Origin: Bdellovibrionales bacterium
GTDB lineage: Bacteria; Bdellovibrionota; Bdellovibrionia; Bdellovibrionales; UBA1609
DNA: 64,000 nt
Direction of reading: 5' to 3'
NCBI GenBank assembly: GCA_050246815.1
Contig: JBFWVI010000009.1
Location: 3,238-67,237 of the forward strand
The first letter of the stretch is position 1; each line of letters starts with the position of its first letter. Below the pieces are notes generated by a model. The model worked only from the letters and a program-made list of their open reading frames with translations, was not told where the DNA came from and made no database searches. The position numbers and the translations under genes were made by a program. Below, one piece after another: positions 57,390 to 64,000 of the stretch.

Positions 57390-59210
57390 ATGGCAGAAAC
57401 TAGTGGTGGGTCCAAAAAAAGCAAGGCCCAGATCGCGCGCGAGCAGGTGCTGGCGCAGCTGGATGAGGCTGATAAAGAGGTCCCCGCCAATCCCGGATTG
57501 CTTCGTGCAACATCCGGCGGTGAAGAGTTCGCCGCATTGTTTGAAAAATCGTTGGGTGAGCGCGACTCCAAAGTGGGTGACATCGTCACCGGCCGGGTGG
57601 TCGAAGTTCAAAGCGATTACGTCTTAGTCGACATCAATTACAAAAGTGAAGGTTTGATCCCGATTTCAGAATTTCGCGTGGTTGAAGGTCAGCGCATGAT
57701 CGAAGTGGGTCAAGAGGTCGAAGTTTACATCGACCGTGTTGAAAACGAAAACGGCATGGTTGTTTTGTCGAAAGACAAAGCCGACATGATGCGCGCTTGG
57801 AACGATATTTCGCGCGCGGCTGAAAACGAAGAAGTGATCGAGGGCACGATCATCGCCAAGGTCAAAGGCGGTCTCAGCGTGGACATCGGCGTGAAAGCCT
57901 TCTTGCCGGGCAGCCAAATCGATCTGCGTCCGGTCCGCAACATGGATGCCTACATCGGCAAACGTTTCAAATTTAAAGTGATCAAATTCAACAAAAAACG
58001 TGGCAACATCGTATTGTCTCGCCGTGCATTGCTGGAGCAAGAGCGCGAAACCCTTCGCACTCAAACTTTGGACGCGATGAAAGAGGGCTCTATCGTCAAA
58101 GGGATCGTCAAGAACATCACCGACTACGGTGCGTTCATCGACCTGGGCGGCATGGACGGTCTTTTGCACATTACCGACATGAGCTGGGGCCGAGTGAAAC
58201 ATCCTTCGGAAATCCTGCAAGTCGGCGACGAAATCGAAGTCAAAGTTTTGAAGTTCGACAACGAAAAAGAACGCGTCAGCCTGGGCTTGAAACAACTGAA
58301 AGCCGATCCTTGGGAACAAGTGGTCGCTGAGTTTAAAGTCGGTGCCAAAACCAAAGGCAAAGTGGTCTCGTTGGCTGACTACGGCGCGTTTATCGAATTG
58401 GCCGAAGGCATCGAAGGTTTGATCCACGTTTCCGAGATGAGCTGGACCAAACGCGTGAAGCACCCTTCGCAACTGGTGAAAGCCGGTGACGAAGTGGACG
58501 TTCAAGTGCTTGAAATCGACATGGCCAACCGCCGCATCAGCCTTGGCATGAAGCAGCTGGAAGCCAACCCATGGGTGGAGCTGAAAGAAAGCTATGCACC
58601 GGGCACGATCATCGAAGGCGAAGTGAAGTCGGTCACCGATTTCGGCGTGTTTGTAGGTGTAGAAGACGGCATCGATGGTCTGGTTCACATTTCGGATTTC
58701 TCGTGGACCAAACGTATCAACCATCCCTCGGAAATGTTCAAAAAAGGCGACAAAGTTCGTTGCGTGGTTTTGGGCGTGGACATCGAAAACGAGCGTTTCA
58801 GCCTTGGCGTGAAACAGCTTGAGGGTGATCCGTGGTCGAATATCGACGAAAAATATCGCATTGGTAGCCAGCATGACGTGAAAGTCACCAAGACCGCCGA
58901 CTTTGGCGTGTTCGTGGAGCTTGAGGCCGACATCGAGGGTTTGATCCACATCAGCGAGCTCAGCACCAAGCGTGTTGAAAAGCCCGAAGACGTGGTCCAA
59001 GTGGGCGAAACCGTGAAAGCGGAAGTCATCAGCATCGACAAAGACGCGCGCAAGATCGGCTTGAGCGCGAAACTGGTGAAGCTGCGTGAAACTCAAGGCG
59101 ACGTTGAAGATTACGTCAAAAAGGCCACGGCCACTTCAAAAACCAGCCTTGGCGATCTGTTCGGTGACACGCTGAAAGCCTCCCTGGGCGAAGGCGATAA
59201 AAAGAACTAA
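57390..59210 (+). CDS. rpsA: 30S ribosomal protein S1
   Basis: Six S1 (OB-fold) repeats, for example G.IV.G.V......GA.V..G..EGL.H.SE.S. The ATG at 57390 (MAETSGG...) follows a GAGGAGG RBS. The ORF-track start at 57306 is probably too early. Confidence 0.9.
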   Translation: MAETSGGSKKSKAQIAREQVLAQLDEADKEVPANPGLLRATSGGEEFAALFEKSLGERDSKVGDIVTGRVVEVQSDYVLVDINYKSEGLIPISEFRVVEGQRMIEVGQEVEVYIDRVENENGMVVLSKDKADMMRAWNDISRAAENEEVIEGTIIAKVKGGLSVDIGVKAFLPGSQIDLRPVRNMDAYIGKRFKFKVIKFNKKRGNIVLSRRALLEQERETLRTQTLDAMKEGSIVKGIVKNITDYGAFIDLGGMDGLLHITDMSWGRVKHPSEILQVGDEIEVKVLKFDNEKERVSLGLKQLKADPWEQVVAEFKVGAKTKGKVVSLADYGAFIELAEGIEGLIHVSEMSWTKRVKHPSQLVKAGDEVDVQVLEIDMANRRISLGMKQLEANPWVELKESYAPGTIIEGEVKSVTDFGVFVGVEDGIDGLVHISDFSWTKRINHPSEMFKKGDKVRCVVLGVDIENERFSLGVKQLEGDPWSNIDEKYRIGSQHDVKVTKTADFGVFVELEADIEGLIHISELSTKRVEKPEDVVQVGETVKAEVISIDKDARKIGLSAKLVKLRETQGDVEDYVKKATATSKTSLGDLFGDTLKASLGEGDKKN

Positions 59211-59231
59211 TTGGTCCGAAGTTCCATATTG

Positions 59232-59303
59232 ACCCACTGAGTCTCATTGGGTGACTGCCTAAGCAGTCACCCAATATCTGGTCCAGTGGGTTTTTTGTTT
59301 TTG
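59232..59303 (+). terminator. Rho-independent terminator after rpsA (nested hairpins)
   Basis: The inner 13-bp stem is ATTGGGTGACTGC / GCAGTCACCCAAT with loop CTAA. The outer stem is ACCCACTG / CAGTGGGT, followed by TTTTTTGTTTTT. Confidence 0.7.
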
Positions 59304-59357
59304 GCTTACGCCTGAGGGCTTGATAAAACTTCAGGGCTCACTTTGAAAGGGGCCCGC

Positions 59358-60281
59358 ATGCGTAAATTCTTAAGTACTTTCTTCACTGGCGTTGGCATTT
59401 TGGTGGTGGGTGGTTGCCTGCTTGGCATCGGCAGCATGTTCGCGGTGGTTCAACCCACGGAATTGCGAATCAAAAAGAACAGCATTTTATTTTTAAAACT
59501 CGATGGCGTGATCATGGATGGCGAAAAGTTTTTAGAGAAACTGCGCCGCTATCGCAAAGAGGACTCCATTAAAGGCGTATTGGTGCAGATCAATTCGCCC
59601 GGCGGGGCGGTGGGCCCCAGTCAAGAGATCTACGCCGAACTCAAGCGCACGCGGGAAGAGTTTAAGAAACCTGTCGTCGTTTCTTGTTTGAGTGTGGCCG
59701 CAAGTGGCGCCTATTATGCGGCCGCTGCAGCGGATAAGTTTATCACCACCCCGGGCTGCATGGTCGGCTCGATCGGCGTGATCATGGAGTTCGCCAATTT
59801 AGAAAAGCTTTTCGACTGGGCAAAGGTGAGCCGCTATTCGATCAAGACCGGTAAATTCAAAGACACCGGTGCCGAATACCGTGGCATGACCGAAGAAGAG
59901 CGACAGCTGATGCAGGGTTTGGTCAACGATGTGTTGGTGCAATTCAAATCCGACATTGTGAATGGCCGCAAGATGAAGCCAGAGGTGGTGGATTATTATG
60001 CTGATGGACGCGTGTTCACCGGCGCCATGGCGGTCAAGTATGGATTCGCCGATCAAACAGGAACTTTAGACGACGCCAAAAAAGTGGTGGGTGAAATGGT
60101 GGGGCTTGGGGCCCACCCCGAGTTGTTTAAGCCGCGCAGTTGGTCACGAGATGATTGGCGCATGTTTTTTGAAGAAGAGGAAAGCTCTTCGAAAATGCTA
60201 CATCGTTTAATGGATGGCGCGGTGGGCCTGCAGATGCGCGGTCAGCCTTTGTTGATTTGGCCCGGGGCTTTGGGAATTTAG
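59358..60281 (+). CDS. sppA: Signal peptide peptidase SppA (36K type, S49 family)
   Basis: N-terminal TM helix, then INSPGGAVGPSQEIY, the Ser region VAASGAYYAA, and GSIGV. The ATG at 59358 follows a GAAAGGGG RBS. Confidence 0.85.
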   Translation: MRKFLSTFFTGVGILVVGGCLLGIGSMFAVVQPTELRIKKNSILFLKLDGVIMDGEKFLEKLRRYRKEDSIKGVLVQINSPGGAVGPSQEIYAELKRTREEFKKPVVVSCLSVAASGAYYAAAAADKFITTPGCMVGSIGVIMEFANLEKLFDWAKVSRYSIKTGKFKDTGAEYRGMTEEERQLMQGLVNDVLVQFKSDIVNGRKMKPEVVDYYADGRVFTGAMAVKYGFADQTGTLDDAKKVVGEMVGLGAHPELFKPRSWSRDDWRMFFEEEESSSKMLHRLMDGAVGLQMRGQPLLIWPGALGI

Positions 60282-60282
60282 T

Positions 60283-60882
60283 ATGGCAAAATCGGGTGCG
60301 AAGAAAAAAGCCAAGAAGCTCAAGGCGGGCACAAAGGGCAAAAGCGCCGGGCGGCGCACGGGTGTTGTCGCCCTTTCGCACGATATTTGGCCGCAAGAAC
60401 GCGATGTGATGGCGCGCCCTGAACGTTACAAATATGTGCGTCAGCTGATCAAAACTGAAGGCTGTGTGTTTTGTTCGGCACTGAAGAAAGGTCTTGGGGC
60501 CGAAAGTCTGGTGCTTTATAAAAACGACAAGGCCATGGTGATGCTGAACAAATATCCATACAACAGCGGCCATTTGTTGGTGTTGCCCACGCGTCATGTC
60601 GGTAATTTAATGGAACTGAAAGACGAAGAGTATTTGGAGGTCCAGCGTCAATTGCGTCGGGCCGCCAAGGCCGTGATAGACTGCTACCAGTGCACGGGTT
60701 TTAATTTGGGATTGAACCATGGCAAAGTGGCTGGTGCGGGAATCCCGGATCACTTGCATTGGCATGTGGTTCCCCGTTGGGCAGGCGACACTAACTTTTT
60801 TCCGCTGATTGCGGAAACCAAGGTGCTGATCGAAACTTTGGATCAGACGTTTGATCGCCTAAAAAACTTTTTTAAAGAGTGA
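60283..60882 (+). CDS. HIT-family nucleotide hydrolase/transferase (Ap4A-phosphorylase-like) with a Lys-rich N-terminus
   Basis: Histidine triad HLHWHVVPRW, LNKYPYNSGHLLVLPTRH, and an upstream CVFC motif. The N-terminal 25 aa are MAKSGAKKKAKKLKAGTKGKSAGRR. Confidence 0.8.
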   Translation: MAKSGAKKKAKKLKAGTKGKSAGRRTGVVALSHDIWPQERDVMARPERYKYVRQLIKTEGCVFCSALKKGLGAESLVLYKNDKAMVMLNKYPYNSGHLLVLPTRHVGNLMELKDEEYLEVQRQLRRAAKAVIDCYQCTGFNLGLNHGKVAGAGIPDHLHWHVVPRWAGDTNFFPLIAETKVLIETLDQTFDRLKNFFKE

Positions 60883-60887
60883 GTTGA

Positions 60888-61325
60888 ATGGACCCATTTT
60901 CTAACAGCAGCGAATTCAAATTGGATCACATCGGCATTGCCGTACAAAACCTCGAACAGGGCGCAGCCTTTTACAAGGCCCTGGGTTTTTTGGGCATGCA
61001 CATCGAAGTGGTGCCCACCGAAAAAGTGAAAGTGGGCATGTTCGAGTTGGCCAACCAGGCTCGTGTTGAGTTACTTGAGCCGGTGACACCCGATTCTGCG
61101 GTGGGCAAGTTCTTGGAAAAGCGGGGGCCTGGTATTCACCACATCTGCTTTAAAGTGAAAGACATTCGCTCGATCATGCGCCGTTTGGAAGAGGCCGGCA
61201 TGCAGCTAATCAACAAAGAGCCCACCCCTGGCGCCCACAACTGTCTGGTGGCCTTTGTGCACCCAAAATCGACAGGTGGCGTGTTGATTGAGCTCAGTGA
61301 ATCTCAGGCCCAAGGAGACGACTGA
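60888..61325 (+). CDS. mce: Methylmalonyl-CoA epimerase (VOC/glyoxalase fold)
   Basis: 145 aa with LDHIGIAVQNLE...VELLEP...FLEKRGPGIHHICFKV...HPKSTGGVLIEL, the characteristic epimerase pattern. Confidence 0.8.
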   Translation: MDPFSNSSEFKLDHIGIAVQNLEQGAAFYKALGFLGMHIEVVPTEKVKVGMFELANQARVELLEPVTPDSAVGKFLEKRGPGIHHICFKVKDIRSIMRRLEEAGMQLINKEPTPGAHNCLVAFVHPKSTGGVLIELSESQAQGDD

Positions 61326-62086
61326 TGCAGGGGCCCCAACTGCAGTTGGCTGTGCCGATGACCCCCATGGTGAAGCGACTCATCATCGCCAACATGGCGC
61401 TGTGGGTGGGCCTGATTTTAATCCTGCAAAAATGGATATTGAATCAGCCGTATATTTTCAGTTGGTTTGGTTTTGTACCGTCCTCGGTTTTGCTGGATTT
61501 TTGGCTTTGGCAGCCCTTTACATACATGTTCATCCACTCGGACAATGTTTTCCACGTTATCTTCAATATGTTGGTGGTGTGGTGGTTTGGGGCCGACCTT
61601 GAGTCCCGTTGGGGAGGGCGCTTTTTTTTGCTCTACTACCTGGTGTGTGGTGCGGGTGCGGCATTTTTGTATTTAGGCGCGGTGGTGGTTTACAGTCTGG
61701 CGACCGGTGATTCGCTGCCCTTGTCTGCCCCGGTGGTGGGCGCCTCGGGTGCTGTATTTGGCCTGATGTACGCCTATGGTAAGTTGTTTGGCGACCGCAT
61801 GATCTATTTTATGATGATGTTCCCCATGAAGGCGCGCATGTTTGTGATGCTGATCGGGGCTGTGGAGGTTTTGAACCTGCTGAGCAGTGGTCTGCAGTCG
61901 CAAACAGCCAACTTGGCCCATCTGGGGGGGCTCGTAGTGGGTTTTGGATTCTTGAAGTTTTGGGACAATTGGCAGAGCCGTGGCCCACGACGCCGGGCGG
62001 CGCAAAAGCATGGACGAACCCTGAAACTCGTAGTAAATAACGAGACTTCCAGTGGGGATAAAAATCCCCCCCGTTACTGGAATTGA
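61325..62086 (+). CDS. Rhomboid-family intramembrane serine protease
   Basis: Six or more TM helices, the catalytic Ser in VVGASGAVFGL and catalytic His in NLAHLGGLVVG. The ATG overlaps the mce stop (TGATG). Confidence 0.85.
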   Translation: MQGPQLQLAVPMTPMVKRLIIANMALWVGLILILQKWILNQPYIFSWFGFVPSSVLLDFWLWQPFTYMFIHSDNVFHVIFNMLVVWWFGADLESRWGGRFFLLYYLVCGAGAAFLYLGAVVVYSLATGDSLPLSAPVVGASGAVFGLMYAYGKLFGDRMIYFMMMFPMKARMFVMLIGAVEVLNLLSSGLQSQTANLAHLGGLVVGFGFLKFWDNWQSRGPRRRAAQKHGRTLKLVVNNETSSGDKNPPRYWN

Positions 62087-62110
62087 TGATTTTTCTGCGG
62101 AGGTTTTAAG

Positions 62111-62296
62111 ATGGAACTGCATGAGGCTTTACAACTGGTGAAGTTCGATAAGCGTCTGCTGGATTGGCACATCCGCCAAGGCACCATCACGGCCGCGGAT
62201 GTTGAAAAGCACATCAAATCCTTGCCGGATTCATCCGCACAAGCCATGCAAATCGAGCTGGATAGCGACAACAACAGCTCCGATTTCGAACAGTAA
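62111..62296 (+). CDS. Small hypothetical protein (61 aa)
   Basis: The ATG is preceded by GGAGG at about 8 nt. The C-terminus is acidic and no family was recognised. Confidence 0.4.
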   Translation: MELHEALQLVKFDKRLLDWHIRQGTITAADVEKHIKSLPDSSAQAMQIELDSDNNSSDFEQ

Positions 62297-62514
62297 TTCA
62301 GAAGCAGAGACCCCTGAGACTGGGGCCTGTCGGCTGAGGCCGAGAACTGTTACGGTTAGATCCAATTTTCGTTTCAAGTTGAGACAGTCCAACGTTTGAG
62401 GACGCTGTTGATTTCCTGCTCATGTATAAGCCTTGGCGCGCCAGATCCATCAAGTGCAATTTAAAAGAGACCCTATTTTGCATCACTTAAAACGGTTACA
62501 AACGGGGGACGTGT

Positions 62515-64000
62515 ATGCGCATTTCAATCAACAAAATTGTCAAACTTCTATGCGGTATTGGTGCCGCGAGTTTGTTAATCGTAGGATTTCAAAACTGTTC
62601 GCAGGGATTTAATACACCAACATCTTCAACCTCGGGTGCATCAGGGCTTCCTGGCGGTTCTTTGCCGCCACCGCCCAATGTGACCGACGGGTTGAAACTG
62701 AATGTTTCATATGTCGACCAGACTTCTGCCCAATTCGTCACTTTCAAAGGGGTCGTCGACGCGGCTATGGCGGGTAACCCCGACTATGGTTTTGAACCTC
62801 AACACGCGGCCCTGATGTTTCGAATCACGGGTGAAACTCGCTATTGCGATTACGCAATTGAGTTCGCAGAAACCTGTCCGTCTCGTTACGAAGACGCCAC
62901 CTGTGGCGTGCGCGGCGCCGAGGCCGCGATTGCCGCAGGCAATCGACCACGAGTCAGCGGAGATTCTTATCTGGAGGTCGGTCCCATTGTCGGCTCTTTG
63001 GCCTTGACCTACAGTTGGTGCGGCAATCGGATGAGCAACGAGCAAAAAGCGCGTTGGGCCAACTATATCAATCAGGCGATTTTCAATGTTTGGCACCCCG
63101 AGGAGGCCACTTGGGGTGGCCGTGCCGCCACGTGGTCGGGATGGTCGATCAACAACCCGGGCAACAACTACTACTACAGTTTTTTAGAAGCGACGATGTA
63201 CTGGGCCTTGGCGACCAATGACACCGCGCTATTGAACTTCCTGCGCGACAACAAACTTAAAGCTTTGACTGATTACTATGCGTTGATTCCCGGCGGTGGC
63301 AGTCTTGAAGGCACCGGCTACGGTGCCGCGCACATGCGGCTCTTTCATCTTTATCAAGTTTGGAAAGATTCAACAGGTCAGGATTTAAGCCAAGTGAGCA
63401 GTCATTTGAATGACAGCATTCGCTATTGGGTTCACGCGACAACTCCGAATCGCGCCTATTACGCGCCGATAGGTGATTTGGCGCGGTCGTCGTTCCCGGA
63501 TCTGTTCGATTACCATCGTCGGATTGTGCTGGAAGCTCGTCACCTGACACCCAACGTGGAGTTGCAAAACTTAGCTTCATGGTGGCTGAATCATATTTCA
63601 GTTCCGCGCATGAGTCGTCGTATTGATTCACAGTGGGATCTTTTGCCGGCAGGCACGAATATGGCGGCCGCACCCAATGAACCTTTGGTTTATCGTGCGA
63701 CGGGTGTGGGTCGAATCTTTGCACGTACCGGCTGGGACACGGGCGCCTTATGGATGACTTTTGGCGCGGGCCCTTACAATGAAAGTCACGCTCACCAAGA
63801 TCAGGGCTCTTTTGAACTGGCCAACAACAACTGGCTGGCCGTGACCAATAATATTTATTCGGCCAGTGGAATAGAGCAAGCCACAGATTATCAAAACATC
63901 GTGAGGTTCGTCCAAAATGGCAACCTTGTTCCACAGAGGGAAGGCACAACCTCCACGATGGTGGTCAATCAGATGGCGCCGACTGGTGAATTGGATGTCA
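62515..64000 (+). CDS. Heparinase II/III-like (polysaccharide-lyase-fold) lipoprotein, partial (runs off the window end)
   Basis: Not in the ORF track because no stop lies in the window. The ATG at 62515 follows a GGGGGA RBS. The signal MRISINKIVKLLCGIGAASLLIVGFQNC is followed by a Pro-rich tether. The frame stays open for 495 codons and contains PYNESHAHQDQGSFEL, the H-x-H-x-D-x-G-S-F pattern typical of heparinase II/III-family proteins. Confidence 0.6.
   Translation, partial: MRISINKIVKLLCGIGAASLLIVGFQNCSQGFNTPTSSTSGASGLPGGSLPPPPNVTDGLKLNVSYVDQTSAQFVTFKGVVDAAMAGNPDYGFEPQHAALMFRITGETRYCDYAIEFAETCPSRYEDATCGVRGAEAAIAAGNRPRVSGDSYLEVGPIVGSLALTYSWCGNRMSNEQKARWANYINQAIFNVWHPEEATWGGRAATWSGWSINNPGNNYYYSFLEATMYWALATNDTALLNFLRDNKLKALTDYYALIPGGGSLEGTGYGAAHMRLFHLYQVWKDSTGQDLSQVSSHLNDSIRYWVHATTPNRAYYAPIGDLARSSFPDLFDYHRRIVLEARHLTPNVELQNLASWWLNHISVPRMSRRIDSQWDLLPAGTNMAAAPNEPLVYRATGVGRIFARTGWDTGALWMTFGAGPYNESHAHQDQGSFELANNNWLAVTNNIYSASGIEQATDYQNIVRFVQNGNLVPQREGTTSTMVVNQMAPTGELDV

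Noticed and set aside
57666-59096. A 476-aa antisense ORF opposite rpsA, plus other antisense ORFs at 57725, 58124 and 58685
   Set aside because: The sense strand encodes a textbook six-domain S1 protein. The antisense product is low-complexity (rich in F/H/D/V/A) with no start context. Long antisense frames are a known artefact of the biased codon usage in rpsA.
62297-62514. A 218-bp intergenic region with several 4-bp GC stems (for example GGCC...GGCC, CGGC-TGAG-GCCG), considered as a possible small RNA or riboswitch
   Set aside because: I saw no extended helices, no conserved riboswitch, SRP, tmRNA or 6S motifs, and no terminator. It most likely holds the promoter and leader of the downstream lipoprotein gene.

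Overview
This 64-kb window looks chromosomal and carries no transposase, integrase, CRISPR array or prophage signature. It has about 50% GC. My unverified guess from the 16S sequence and the recurrent QNC-type lipoprotein signals is a Bdellovibrionota-like or deltaproteobacterial organism. Gene content in order: rarA flanked by two paralogous small secreted proteins; an orphan CheY-like receiver; a cupin; and a complete rRNA operon (tRNA-Ala, 16S, tRNA-Ile, 23S, 5S, terminator). These are followed by a TolC/MacA/MacB-type efflux operon and then a multiheme cytochrome island. The island holds an octaheme lipoprotein, a TlpA-like thiol-disulfide oxidoreductase, a 30-heme cytochrome c and a putative outer-membrane beta-barrel. 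Divergent from these sits a System II cytochrome c maturation pair (ccsB/ccsA) translationally packed with a 2x[Fe-S] flavoprotein and a four-histidine membrane protein. Downstream come a PQQ-type sugar dehydrogenase, phnDCE plus an MFS transporter, and two tandem S9 prolyl-oligopeptidase-family lipoproteins. Next is a single 21.3-kb ORF for a roughly 7,100-aa modular lipoprotein, then rpsA, sppA, a HIT protein, methylmalonyl-CoA epimerase, a rhomboid protease and a partial heparinase II/III-like lipoprotein. The two most interesting regions are: (1) the giant protein, with 30 Calx-beta-like domains, three 7-bladed propellers, two beta-solenoid modules, a Cys-rich beta-helix C-terminus and near-identical in-frame internal DNA repeats of 1986 bp and about 730 bp; and (2) the porin/multiheme-cytochrome cluster with its co-operonic Fe-S flavoprotein and H-x13-H membrane protein, which I interpret as a candidate transmembrane or extracellular electron-transfer system. 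All functional calls rest on motifs I could read by eye, and no database search was possible.
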